NCBI GenBank assembly: GCA_907165135.1
Contig: OU015566.1
Coordinates: 4,960,001 to 5,024,000, forward strand
Length of the DNA stretch: 64,000 nt
Origin: Oikopleura dioica
Taxonomy: Eukaryota > Animalia > Chordata
Reading direction: 5' to 3'
Shown: positions 1 through 12,761 of the stretch, in pieces
Position numbering within the stretch: the first letter of the stretch is position 1
Layout: every line of letters begins with the position of its first letter
The notes under the pieces: generated by a model
What the model saw: the letters and a program-made list of their open reading frames with translations, nothing else
Databases searched by the model: none
Told to the model about the DNA's origin: nothing
Program-made: the position numbers and the translations under genes

Positions 1-419
1 AATTGAGCTTTGTCTCGTAAGAAGTTCCAGCCGGGTTCGGGCAGTTCACATTATCGCATTGAATCTGAGCCCAGCCAAGACGGAGAAAAGCTGATGCTAA
101 CCAAAAGGATAGCATCGCGGTGAAATCTCTTTGAATGAACCGGCAGAATGGGAAAAAGTGTGAAGAAAAGTTTTGCAATTTTATTTTATTTTCGCACTGA
201 GGAATGAAGAAAAATGCTCGTCGATTGCGATTTTATATGTGAAGTTTTATTTACCTCGCGAGAAGTTGAGAAATTCGCGAGATTCTGTACATTCTCTTTT
301 TATTCATTTCATTGTTAAAATATCAGACACGAAAACTCTCCGAATTGACAGTAAACAGAACCGGGTAAGAATTTTCAGCTTCATGATGATAAATAAACAA
401 TCGGGAAAAAACCAAGAAA

Positions 420-780
420 AGACTCCAGTTCTGCGATTCTTTGAAGTCAAACTAAGAAGAAATTGCTTATTCCATTCATCTTTGACTTCAAGAAAATCGA
501 AACACATAAAATCGGCGCTTTCGAAAAATCATCAAATCGAAAAATTTTCATAAAGAAGTACTTCGGAAACAATCTTCTAGAACCATGTTTAATGATATTT
601 GTTATTATTCCATACCAATTTCAAGTGTAAAATTTTGATGTTTTTTCGATAAGAAATATACAATCCCCGCTGGCTTTTTTGAAGACAAAAACGATTCTTC
701 AAGAGTTTATCTGCTTATTTTGACTTCAGTTAAATAAAGATCAGTTGCAAATTGAAACTTTCAAATCGACGACCTGTATT
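420..780. repeat. Degenerate interspersed repeat; second copy inverted at ~35484-36565
   Basis: GACTCCAGTTCTGCGATTCTTTGAAGTCAAACT and TTCGATAAGAAATATACAAT blocks match the reverse complement of ~36530-36565 and ~35600-35620. Confidence 0.7.
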
Positions 781-1132
781 GAAGTTCTAAGTCAAGGTCT
801 GGAAGATCTCTTATGAAAAGCTGTTCTAGAAACGATTCCGTAAAAATTATTTTTCAATCAATAAGCAAATTCTTGCGAAGCCGCTTTACGGCATCATTTT
901 TGGCTCTAGAATCGTAACTTGAAGTGATTTTCGTAAAACTAAGACGGTCAAATTTTTTCTAGATTTTCTCCACTCATTCAATATATGCATGGTGTTCTAG
1001 GTCTTAAAATGAGGAAGTGGGTGAAAAAAATTTATAAGCTCTATTTTTAGAGCTTAGACACCTTCGTCGAAAATCTTCAACAAGAACCAAAGTAAAGAAT
1101 GAATAGGAGAATCAGTGAGAACCTAAAAATAC

Positions 1133-2527
1133 GGTTACACGACGTTTTCAGCAACCGACGTTTTCAGCATACCGACGTTTTCAGCACTGCTGAATTCGTC
1201 GGTTTGCTGAAACGTCGGTTTGCTGAATTCGTTGTTTTTCACCTGGAAACGCGTGGGTGTTTACCGGGACGAAATTTTCAAACCAATTCGATCTAAAGGC
1301 GACGTTCTCGCAATTTACTTGGCTAATTAAAAGTTTAAAAGCATTTCTAAATGAGTCATTAAGAATGCATTATTTAGAAAAAGAATAAGAATTAGCTAAA
1401 TAACTTCTTAATTCATAATTATCATAATAATCATTAGTCACTCTTAGTCACCAGTAAGTTAAGAGTATTAACGTATTATCCAGTTTAGTGAATCTATTTT
1501 TAAAACATTGAAAATAATGATTAATCAATATTGAAAAAGATAAAAATGGTAATATTATTAAATATAATCTTTTGTTACTCATTCATTAATATAGCATAGA
1601 TTTTATGTTATTTTATGGTTACACGACGTTTTCAGCATACCGACGTTTTCAGCAACCGACGTTTTCAGCATAACGACGTTTTCAGCGCTGCTGAATTCGT
1701 CGGTTTGCTGAAAACGTCGGTTTGCTGAATTCGTCGGTTTTCACCTGACAACGCGTGGGCGTTTAGAGAGGCAATCATTTTATCAAACTCCATCAGAAAA
1801 CGATATTTCCGAAATTCGTAAAATAACATAAAATCGATGTAATATTAATGAATCATTTACAAAAGATTACATTTAATAAAAAGTATTCTTTTTATCTTTT
1901 TCAATATTGATCTATCATTATTTTCATTGTTTTAAAAACAGATTCACGAAACTTGATAATTCGTTTATACTGTCAACTTTCTGGTGACTTATAGTTGCTT
2001 ATGATTATTATGATAATAATGTATAAAGAAGTAATTTAGCTAATTCTTACTTTTTCTAAATAATGCATTCTTAATGACTCATTTAGAAATGCTTTTAAAC
2101 TATTAATTAGCCAATTAAATTGCGAGAACCTCGCCTTTAGATCCATTTGGTTTGAAAATTTCGTTCCGGCAAACGCCCACGCGTTTTCAGGTGAAAACCG
2201 ATAATTCAGCAAACCGACGTTTTCAGCAAACCGACGAATTCAGCAGCGCTGAAAATGTCGGTATGCTGAAAACGTCGGTTGCTGAAAACGTCGGTATGCT
2301 GAAAACGTCGTGTAACCTTATTTTATGATCTACGGAAATATCGTTATCAGATGGAGTTTGATAAAATGATGGCCTCTTTTAACGCCCACGCGTTTTCAGG
2401 TGAACAACGACGAATTCAGCAAACCGACGTTTTCAGCAAACCGACGAATTCAGCAGCGCTGAAAATGTCGTTATGCTGAAAACGTCGTTTGCTGAAAACG
2501 TCGGTATGCTGAAAACGTCGTGTAACC
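1133..2527. mobile_element. MITE, outer copy (GGTTACAC...GTGTAACC termini, 8-bp TSD), Merlin-like ends
   Basis: Long TIRs built from GACGTTTTCAGCA subrepeats; TSD AAAAATAC at 1125-1132 and 2528-2535. Confidence 0.9.
1617..2317. mobile_element. MITE of the same family nested antiparallel inside the outer copy, 9-bp TSD
   Basis: Same termini; TSD TTATTTTAT at 1608-1616 and 2318-2326; internal 2040-2160 is the reverse complement of ~1270-1395. Confidence 0.9.
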
Positions 2528-2746
2528 AAAAATACCTCGAAGTCCGTTCTTTTTACCCTAAAATTTTTCTTTCAAAAGGGCAGTGTATTTAACACGGGCT
2601 TGTTAGTCAGCGTGCGCATAATTTCCGCGCAGGTCAATTTGAACAAAAGCCGCTTTCAGGTCGTTACTCCGCTCCGAGGATTTTTGTAGCACTCCGATTA
2701 TATAGTGAGTCAAAGAGAAAAGGATCGTGATCCCCGTGAGACTAAA

Positions 2747-3313
2747 ATGGAGAAATCGTTGATTGAGCTTTTCGAAAAAGTTGATGGCAACAAGGATAGA
2801 ATGATGAGCAAGGATGAACTCAAGGTTAGTCCAAAACAAAGATAAGGGGGCCCCTTATCTGTTGTTGCCAGAAGGAGTCCCCTAAAATATGGATTAAGCG
2901 CTCTCTGATTGGCCTTTTTACTGAGGAGCCTCCGACAAGACGCTCTTAGCGGAAAGAGCCAATCAGAGAGCGCTGAATCCATATTTAAGGGGATCCCCAA
3001 AGTAAAAATATTCAATCTTTCCCATGCCGTAACAGACAGATCCCCTTATTTTCTATTCAAAAACTACCTCAGGATGCTTTGAAACAGCTTTGCGAAACCG
3101 TCAAAAACGACTCCACTTCTCCCTTGTATTTCATTCTCAGCGATGTTGACCTTTCGGACTCCAACTTGGGTAAATCCCATTTTTATCTTTTCAAACAAAA
3201 AATTTTCCCAAGAACGAATAACGCGAAAAGCCTTCAACGAAATCGACACCGATCGCTCTGGAACAATCACTTTTGAAGAATTCGCCAATTCTGATTGGAC
3301 CCTTTCTCTGTGA
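2747..3313 (+). CDS. Small EF-hand calcium-binding protein (at least 3 exons; may extend upstream)
   Basis: EF loops DGNKDRMMSKDE and DTDRSGTITFEE; GT-AG introns at ~2825-3072 and ~3170-3212; stop TGA at 3311-3313. Confidence 0.8.
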
Positions 3314-3337
3314 AATTGACAAGAAATTGAAATATTG

Positions 3338-5661
3338 CTAGCATTTACTGGAATCATGAATTGGGCTAGGCGTAGCAGGAATTCTCGAAGAAGAGCAGGT
3401 TAAAACATTGTTCAGCTTTTCGAGCTTGTCTCCTCGCTCGATGCAGTTGGAGGATTCTAGAGTCGAGCCGAACTCAGCATCTCGGCGGGTGGGTTGGGGA
3501 CTGCGGACGGCGGAAAGATGGAAATTCAGGGATAATCGAGCAATTCGACCCTGAAGATAAAAAATAATTGGGAAATAATTTTTACCTGGAAACTGGACAT
3601 CGTTTTGATCATCAGTTTCTCCAAAAATATAATTATCGTCGGCGCCGAAAAGCCTAGAAAGAACGCGATACTTCCTCCAACATCTGACATGAATCGCTCA
3701 AGCGGATATCGCGGTTTTTCTTCAGTTGATTCGACGCGGGAATTCATTTCGATGAAGACGGAATTGATGGAGACGTCTTTTGGCGCGTTGATGGTGAGGG
3801 AGGGATAGCCATATTGGACTGTGATTGGTTGTTGATATTTTGATAAAAAATTTAATTTTATGGAAATTGCCAAAAATGAATGATAAATAAAAATTAACGA
3901 TTTTGAGTCGAAACCTTTCCTGATGACATTGAAAGCTCTGAATTCTCGCAAGTTGTGGTGCAATTACAGTCGAATCGAAGTAGAGAATCAAATTTCTTAC
4001 AACATAGAAGTCCTTCTCGTTTGTTTTTATATACCTGTAAAATTTCTTTGACGCAGAAAATATGGTCGAAAATCTTGCAATCGGGATAAGTGTATAAGTC
4101 CTCATATTGACGAAAAAACGGAGCTCGGCATCCGCAAGCTTTTAGCACCTTGTCGACTTAAGGGTATAGCCTGTGAGATTGAACAAACGGAAAATTGAGT
4201 TACCCTTGCATTCGTGAAAACAGCTTTCCACAGTGTATTCAGCGCGGCTGTACTTCAGCGTTCCATTTTTGATGCACTGGGAGTACGGTTTTCCGAGCTT
4301 GACGTACTTTGCTCTCGAGAGCTCTAGAATGGCTGCGTTTTTCGGATTGATCTGCAGCGATTTGGATCGAGCAACACTTTTGCTGTCATCTTCTGTGTAG
4401 TAAAGAGTGAACCCGTCGTAGAAGTTTTTCCAGCCGACGGACCAGTCCGTTTTATTGTAGATCGTGACTAGAATTGATGCTCGAAATTGATGTTTTACCC
4501 CTTTCTTACTGATATCAAGCGTTTTCGCGGTGGAACCAATGTAGCTCTTGCACTTTCCTTCTTGAAAATAGTCGTCTCTCCATCCAGCTGAACAATCGAC
4601 TGGTCCAGCGCGGCAGGCGGAAACTTTGAAATGAGAGCTTGTTTTCGTGACGAGCTCCCACATCGTTGTTGATCGGAGGAGATGCTCGACGGAAATGACG
4701 TCTTCGTACATTTTTCTGTCACTGTGTTCTTGAAGAATTTGTTAATTGATCATTTGTCATTTGATCGCATTCCTAGGGGTCGACACTGACTATGTCGTCA
4801 AATGTCGTCAGATGTCGTCAAATGTCGTTAAAGGTCTTCAAATGTCGTCAAATGTCCTCGAATGTCGTCCAATGTCGTCGAATGTCGCTATTTTTCGACG
4901 ATATTCGACGACATTCGAGGACATTTGACGACATTTGAAGACCTTTGACGACATTTGAAGACCTTTGACGACATTTGACGACATTTGACGATATTTGACG
5001 ACATAGTCAGTGTCGACCTTTTTAAGAGATACCTGTCATGAGGCCAGTTTTCATCGCATTGAGAGTTTGTTCATTCAGCTCCATATTGTAATACAAAAGT
5101 CCGAGAATCTTCTCCAATTTCGGGTAATATCGCCTGAGTTTTTCCTTCGAATGCATCGAGTTCAAGCATAGCATTACTCTCGGAAATGGTTGCTTGAAAA
5201 GATGAGGAAAGATGATGGGAAAACAGCTTACTTCTCGAACTTCAACGATGTTTTGCTCGGTGTGCACTTCGAAGGAGAGATATTCCTGGAGACATTTGTA
5301 CAGCGCTAGAATACAACGAAGAAAAAGAGCGACAAAAACGACAGAAGAAAGCTTCATTCTGCCGTCTTGTGCCACCTAGTGCCGGTCGGTGCCGCCAGGT
5401 GCCGTCCCGTCTGTAATAAATCTTTCCGGCATTAGCCGGCTCTATTCGACACTGACCGGCTCTAACCGGCAGAAAGTGGCTCTGGACGGCATTATATAGT
5501 AGCTTACAAAGCAACTTACCAATGGAAGATCCAGAAAGTCCAAAAATCACGACAGAAGCGAAAATAATCCTCTTGAACCTTTTCCCGATCGTTTCACTAA
5601 AAGAATCAATGTATTCCGTCTCAGAGGGCCAAATCTCAAAACTCGAATTTCTGCTGATCAT
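3338..5661 (-). CDS. DEG/ENaC (ASIC-like) amiloride-sensitive sodium channel subunit, multi-exon; 5' end approximate
   Basis: TM1 IIFASVVIFGL, FPRVMLC motif, Cys-rich thumb (PYSQC, YTVESCFHEC, CGC), TM2 SDVGGSIAFFLGFS. Confidence 0.9.
4778..5018. mobile_element. Foldback MITE with 10-bp (AATGTCGTCA)n arms, inside an ENaC intron
   Basis: TIR GGTCGACACTGACTATGTCGTCA...TGACGACATAGTCAGTGTCGACC. Confidence 0.85.
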
Positions 5662-5810
5662 TATTGTATTTCGCGTTATTCAATCGATGCGGCTTCAGTA
5701 TTTCTTTGCCGACCCTTTCTGTCATAGAGGTCAGCCTGATCTAAGAGCTATTCACTTGTCAACCAGAATTGTTCTACTGATAAATCACTATTTCGCTCTT
5801 TTTCCTTTTG

Positions 5811-5924
5811 CCTCGGCTCGGCAAACTGTGTGAAAAACCTGAGTCAGGGCCTTAATGATCTTTTAAGACCTTTCAAATTTTCAAACCCTGACTCAGGTTT
5901 TCCACACAGTTTGCCAAGCCCAGG
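5811..5924. mobile_element. Short MITE of the AAAACCTGAGTCAGGG family
   Basis: Inverted arms CTGTGTGAAAAACCTGAGTCAGGG / CCCTGACTCAGGTTTTCCACACAG; many related copies in the window. Confidence 0.7.
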
Positions 5925-6321
5925 CCTTTTGCTCGCAGTGCGGCGTAAAGTCGTCTTTTTCTCTTTGGAAGGATCCAAAAAACCATTTTCAATAATCATT
6001 TTCGAATAATATCCGAACGATGATCCATTGAACAAGTGTTTTTGTAACTGACTATCGTCAAGAAACGACACATTAGTTGATATGTTTATGTTTTTATAAT
6101 GAAGCGAAAACCGCGATCAAACGAATTCAATTCAATATTGAAATGGTACTATATTTATTCAGAGATAATGTGGTCTGACTAGCATGTTCGTTCCAATTAA
6201 GGATTATGGCAATAATCACCTTGGCAATTAAAAATGCAAATGTCAGCACTGTCAAGGGAAATAAACGAAAATGACTATAAAAGAAGTCAAGGCCTATCCC
6301 GTCCTCCTGGTCCCCTAACCC

Positions 6322-6489
6322 GGTCGACATTGATTATGTGGTCAAATGTCGTCAAATGTCGTCGAATGTCGTCGAGAAATAGCGACTTCCGACGACATTC
6401 GACGACTTGTACGATATTCGACGAAATTCGACGACATTCGACGACATTCGACGACATTTGACCACATTTGACGACATAGTCAGTGTCGA
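6322..6489. mobile_element. Second copy of the AATGTCGTCA foldback MITE
   Basis: GGTCGACATTGATTATGTGGTCAAATGTC...GACGACATAGTCAGTGTCGA. Confidence 0.8.
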
Positions 6490-8003
6490 GTCGATAATGT
6501 CGACTTTAACCCTAACCCCTTTTCGTCAGCTCTTACCACCAAAAAAGCCGATTTATTTTCGGCTCAAAATGTTTTCTCGCGAGCCCAAAGTTATTTCTCC
6601 CTTTTTTCTTCGTTTTAATTTGCCTCACTATACTCATTTCTTACTGTCAACCCCAGCCGCTTATTATGCTCACCCCTGGTCGGGAGAAGGTTTTAATCTA
6701 ACCCAATAACTCGTCTGTCAGAATGAGGAGAGTAATCAAAATTATAATACTCGCCGAGGAAAGGAGGTTTTCTTTACTTACCTCCAAGCCCATTTTTCTC
6801 TCAAATCGGTCCCTATCTAGAATTTTTATTTCATACTGTTTCTGTTAGTTTTTTATTTACCGAGCGATGTCTGATAAAAGCCCTCTTTCTACTCCATTTT
6901 CGCATGTTTTTTTTTTCTTACAATTGACAAAATGTAATGGGGTTCATTTGTTTTTAAAAACAGGAAAATAAGATTCTCTCGGTCATTGGAAAATAATCCC
7001 AGCTGACAGGAAAAACTGATCTAAGTGATTTATTCAATTTATACCGTGGCGTTTTTGAAGACAACGAGGAAACCGCGGGATTGATTATTGAAAAAGAGGG
7101 GTTTCAACATCTTTGATTTCATTTTCGTTAATTTTTTCTCTTCAGCGATTTCTTACTTTTGCTCGATGATGTGTTTAAGCATTTTTAGTTCGATTTTTAG
7201 TCAGATATTTTCATTTTCTACCAGCTTGCCTGACCTAAGCCATTGGCAATTGTCATTCGTTTCTGTTAAATTAGTTTGACAACAAGGTCATCAGAAGATT
7301 CATTGGAATAGGCTAATTAATAATTACTTTTTCATGATTTCTGCCAAGCAAATCCCGCCCCTTTCCAGAGTTCCACACTTAGGGGCTTTGTTTAGTTTCC
7401 TCAATCCCTAACCGAGTTGGGGGGTAAGGGGATTTAAGGGTCCCCCTCATTGCTCTAAAAACAGCTTGTTACAATCACTTACATTATGTTGCATTGATAG
7501 CTGTGTCCTCGAGCAAGTCGCGAGATCTTTTCCGGATAAAAGTTTTTCAAATGAAATTAATTCCAAATAAGCTTAAATCCGCGCCTCATCTCTATACGGT
7601 CCATAGCAAGTGCTCTCCCTTTTCAAATTTTTGCGATCTTTTTTCTCTCCCGATCCTATCATTCCAGCAAACGTTATTTTTGTCTCATTCATTATACCAG
7701 TAGACATCGCTTGCTATTCATAAAATGCTATTTTTCGCGAAAAACGAAGCCGTGTGATTTCATTTTAATTATTCGCTGGCGACGTTAATGCTTTATTATT
7801 GCCGTTTTGCTGTTTTGCTTTGAAAGCATAAGAAAAAAGCAATTGATTATTCTATCGATAATATTGTTGACCACAAATGTTCGATTAAATTGTCGATTAT
7901 GGCATCAGAATTGCGATTTTTGCAGCCAAAGAATGCATTTGTTGATGCCAAGAAGGGGATTCTGCTTTATTATACAGATATTTTTTCCAAAGTAAAAATT
8001 CGC

Positions 8004-8584
8004 TTATTCGTGAGATTCCATCATCAAATCTTCATATTGCCTGAAAATAATCTTCTTTCCTCAAAAATCAATTTTCTTACCTAGCGTCAAAATCATCTTC
8101 AGTCTGCCACGAATCGTCGTAAAGATTGCCGTCTGAGTTATCGTTGTTAGAAGTATAGGCCAGTCCATAAATGTCTCCTCCGGAACTGCCGGAATCACCT
8201 GTCGGCGCATAATGGGCATTTTCCTCGCGACAGGTTTCTTCGGCTCCGGGCATATCAGCACATGCTAGCAGAAAGTTATGTAAATTTTTGAGCCAAAAAT
8301 GATATTTTGAGATTCTTCAGGTATTGGCTTGAATCGACAAAAATAATAAAAATTTCATCAAAATTTTGGTCGAATTTTCGACGAATCAGATTTCGTGCAA
8401 ATTTTCGCGAAAAATTGAAAAAAGGATATTGTCAGATTTTTGTCGATTTTAGCTACCAACAGACATTTTTTATAAAAACATAGAGCAATTTCTTACCAGA
8501 AAGAAAATTTGAAGCTTGTCTCTTCTCAATCTTATGAATCGGCTCTGATAACGAAAACGCCAAAAGCGGGATAAAAATTTTCAT
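8004..8584 (-). CDS. Small secreted acidic prepropeptide (~102 aa, 3 exons: 8584-8497, 8264-8081, 8040-8004)
   Basis: Joining at GT-AG introns gives an open frame: MKIFIPLLAFSLSEPIHKIEKRQASNFLSACADMPGAEETCREENAHY...DDFDARQYEDLMMESHE*. Confidence 0.7.
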
Positions 8585-8780
8585 ATTTTTCGATTTCTTT
8601 GATTTTGAATTTGAGCCCCTCTTTTCCGAAAAAATTCTCACCCCGCTGTTGTCTCTTTTTTGGTTGAAGTTTGTTTGTTTTTCAATTCGAAACTGGATCT
8701 TCTATTTCAAGTTTAGCCTTCAATCAAAATCATCAAATTTGCTTGATTGAGAATCGTTTATTATTTACAGTAGGAAAAAA

Positions 8781-11700
8781 TCAACCAAGAGTCGAATAAG
8801 TGTGATCATCATAAGAGCTGTCTTTTAAATTTTGGTGAAGCTGTTTTTTGATCGGCAAAGTTTCCAGGTCCGAATATTCGTGCGAAAACGGCGCTGGGGC
8901 GGGAGGTAGAGTCGTCATTTTTCGGGCGTGGTGGATGAAGGGGATATTGTAATTTTGCTCTTCGGAGTAGGGAGGGTTGAACATTCGGCCGGGGTGATTT
9001 TGAGGAGCCCCAAGAGGAGGAGGGTTGAAATTGGGCTGCGTGTAGGAGACATATTTCATGTTCTGAAAAAATTGATTGAAAAATGGGAATCAAGGAGGAA
9101 AATTTGAAAAAAATTTTTCGAGAAATCAATTTTTTCGAGCGATTTTTACCTGAATAGTATCCATTGGATTCTGAGTATAAATATTCGGCGCCCGAAAAAC
9201 TGTTTTTGAAAACTTCGCTTCTTTCGACTTCGTCCTTCTTATGAGCAGCAGGGAAACGAGCGCTAGAATCAAGGCGACTCCAGCGAGAGCAATGATCACG
9301 GCAATGAGCACTGCCGAGTTGTCTGAAAAAAGAATGTAAGGGAGGAGTTTGTCTGGAGATTTGTACCGTGAGGAGGGAGGGGAGCTTCGCAGCCGTAGAA
9401 GAGGATGTTCATGGCGGGAACGGGCGAATCAACTGCTGCTTCGGGATAGAGTCGGATTTTTTCGGCGAGGAGGGGGGTCATGAAAGTATGGCTAAATTTT
9501 GCTCTTTATAAAAAAAAAATTTATGGTGCCTTATTCACAAAAAAAAATCATGAAATTATATCTGCAAAAAGACTGTAATTGAAAAAGTCAGAGTTGTCGT
9601 GTGTCATTCAACCCGTCAAAAGTTCAAAGGATCGGGGAAAATCCCCCAAATCCGCTTTCTCGTAAAAATAAGTCTCTTCCTTGATTTCAGTAAATCTCAC
9701 CTTGAAGAAGCAATATCAGCGGAGAAAGACTCTTCAAGACTCGTCCACTCCCCATCTTTGTAAATTTGAATTTCAAATTTCGAAGCGCTCCAGGGGAAAG
9801 GCTTTAGATCTGAGCCCTTGGTTTCAATTCGCTCGAGCCGCATGAGGCCATTGAAGTCGACCTGAATGAAAAGAGGGTTGAAGAAAGGAGGTTTATTATA
9901 TCTTTTCTATTGTTTATTTTTCATTGCTATTTGAGTTAGATTGAAAAATTGATGATTTTACTAAAACCATAAATATTTTTCGAATTTTCAGCATGCTATT
10001 TTTCTTTTGAGGTAAAATTTTTGAGATGAAAAACATAGAATTGTAAACTTTCACTTTTCGAAGAACTCGGGCTTAAAGCTAATTATATTATTTATTGAAC
10101 ATTATATAAAAACAATACTAAAATGCCGAAAGAAAAATTTTTTAAAACAGTTTTTCTGTCAAATCTGCGCTTCAATAATTGAATCTCAAACAAAGCTTTG
10201 GCTATTCAGAAATCTAATTAGCGCTGCCCTTTGGAATACAAAAAGCTAGGCAAATTTGTTTCCACAGCTTGAAAGTTTGACGTTCCATATTGTCAAGATT
10301 ATCTCCCCGCTTATTTGAGCTTTCAATCAATCTCGCTTTACATTCTCTTTTTCTTTCACTTTCTCAATAATTTACCTGAATCCACGGTTTTCTATCCTCA
10401 ATCGCCGGCGCCCAGGGAAAAGCCCCATTGGAAAAAGCATTTTCTCCCTTCCAGTTCAAGACTGTCTCGACTGGCGTCATTTCCGGATCCGACTTGTCCA
10501 AAAACGCCTTTAAAAAGCTACTCGTCTTGATTTTCTCCAAATCGACTTTGAGAATATTTTTGTTGCCACATTTGCTCGGTTCTTTCAAAAAACCAATCGG
10601 GATGAAATTCGTCTTTGAATTCTTGGTTTGAAGACTTTTGATCGAATTTAGAGTCGATCCGGGAATAATGATGACGTCATCACTTCCCGCGGGGACTTTT
10701 CGCAGCTCTAGAATTCCGCCAAATCTGTCGGAAATCTCTCCAGCGTGAATTCCACTGCGGCAAATTGACGATTTCGAGTCAAAACCCATCTTCGAATCGC
10801 CAAAAACGCCCCCGTCGGTTCCAGCACAGCCCGCAGGGCAAAGCACCGAAAAAGCTCGGCTATTTTTCGATTCGATTTGAAGAATCTTCGAAGAAAGGGA
10901 TGAAAAGGAAACGGAGCAGCCGATAAGACGAGGGCCAGGGGGAGAGCGGGAGGAGAAGAAATATGACATTGTGGCGGCCGAAGATGTCCAGTTTGAAGAA
11001 CTGATAAGGACGGTGACTGGGAGCTTTATCGAGGGGGGAAAATCGCTGCCAGAACAACCTGAAATTTCATGATAAATAAATAAAACACTCAACAAATAAA
11101 TTATAAAGTGAAACAGACATGACGATAATGGGTTAAGCCAACTTTTAATCGGAAAAAATAAGGGTGTCACTTCATTAATTTTTCAAGAAAAATCCAATTG
11201 AAAAACAGGTCTGCCCTGCTAAGCCCCGAAAAAAAAGCGTCGTCTTTCTGAGAAACTGTGGCAAAACGATTTTAATACACATGTATTTTGGGTCTCAACA
11301 AATCCTTTTGTCCGGCAATTTTCCGGTTGAGGACTTTTGAAAATTATTTCTAGCTCCTCTGGCCGCTGCCGCTTGTGGGAACCGCGGCATCAGCGATCAG
11401 GGGAAGCGATTTGTCAAAAATCAAGAAATAAAAACGTCAAGAAGATACTTTTTCTCGTCATAGAAAATCACGTGATTTAAGGATTTGCCCACTAGGACAA
11501 TTTTTTTTCATGGTGACTCCCTTATTCATTTTTGGTAAATTAAAGACTCTCAATATTGTGTAAACACCCTTAAGCCGGCACTTTTCGTTGTTGCTTTTTG
11601 AAAGAAACAATGTTCGAAAAAATGTCAAGTTTGAAATTTCCGCCCTTTTATGTTGCCTGTTTGCTAAACTTGAAAAATACAATCAAAAATGAAACTTTCT

Positions 11701-11936
11701 CACTGCTTCGAGACACTCATTCATTTTGTTACCTTTATAAACGCGCTCCTCGCCATTGGATTGATGTTCTTTCACTTTGAGTTGGAGGAAGTCGATGTCT
11801 TTTCTTCCACATCCTCTTGGGAAACTCGTCACCAGCTCGACCGAGGAAGCGCCTGACAGTGACGAAAATTGAATCGACTCATCGGTCGAAAACTCAATCG
11901 TGCCGCTTGGGTTCTTTTCGTCGTTGATTTCAAGCG
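8781..11936 (-). CDS. DCBLD1/2-like type I membrane protein (CUB-like + LCCL + F5/8 type C discoidin + TM + Tyr-motif tail); first exon unresolved upstream
   Basis: LCCL CPAGC...SSICRSGIHAG; discoidin WIQVDF...IETKG...KIRLYP...FYGC; TM AVIIALAGVALILALVSLLL; tail HEYSDL, HTYSTL. Confidence 0.85.
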
Positions 11937-12340
11937 CTAGAAAAAAAAATAATTATGAACCAGGGTAGGTTGGGCAAATCTTTGAAATTATTAGGCAATT
12001 GGGGAAGTGAGGGGTCCTCTCAGCCAATGAGAAGCCGGTATTTTTATATCAGCTAATTATTAACGATTTATCCCCCCCCCCTTGGGACTCCCTCCCCTTC
12101 CGGGGACCCCCCTAGTTTTTTCCCACCCTAGCTTTGGAGTGCGGTCGGTTTGGTTCTCAGCCAATCAGAGGCAAGTATTTTTCGCAACGGCCAATCAAAA
12201 ACGAGCTTCAGCCCCCTCTCCTTCTTAAGACCTTTAGCCAAATTTCTTTCTTTCAAACTCAATTATAAAAAATTAACCCTCCGTCGGCAGGTGTGATAGA
12301 AAGTAGCCCCGAGCGTGCGTGCCTTTGTTTGCATTCGAAG

Positions 12341-12761
12341 CTAGGGTCGGCACCGACCACCGACCAAAACCCGACTTGGTCGGGTTTGGTCGGGTTGATT
12401 TTGGTATCGACCAACCCAACCTGGGAATTTTATTCTATATTTGGTCGGTGGTCGGTTTTGGTCGGTTGATGGTCGGTTTTTGGTCGGTTTTGGTCGGATG
12501 TTGATCGGGTTATGGTCGTGTCGGTCGGTTTTTTGGTCGGAAACCTTCGTATTTTCTTCGCTATTCGAGTATAATTTTCAGCGAATCATAATTTGTTTGG
12601 ATAAAAACCGACCCCACCAGACCAAAAACCGACCACCGACCGACCAGAAACCGACCAAAAAGTAAGGCGACCCGACCAACCAAAGCGACCACGGATTTCG
12701 CCAAATTTCTAGGAGACCGACCAACCCGACCTGGGAAAGTCGTGGTCGGTGCCGACCCTAG
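12341..12761. mobile_element. hAT-like MITE with (TTGGTCGG)n subrepeats
   Basis: TIR CTAGGGTCGGCACCGACCAC; 8-bp TSD ATTCGAAG at 12333-12340 and 12762-12769. Confidence 0.9.

Noticed and set aside
173-553. 126-aa ORF
   Set aside because: It overlaps a degenerate repeat, starts at TTG and has no recognisable motif.
1133-2527. CRISPR-like appearance of short repeats (also at 4778, 12341 and 15466)
   Set aside because: There are no unique spacers or cas genes; the repeats are mirror-symmetric subrepeats inside TIRs, mostly with TSDs.
12341-12761. This MITE as another precise intron
   Set aside because: Its TSD offers no donor/acceptor register that removes it exactly, and the flanking exon is unresolved.
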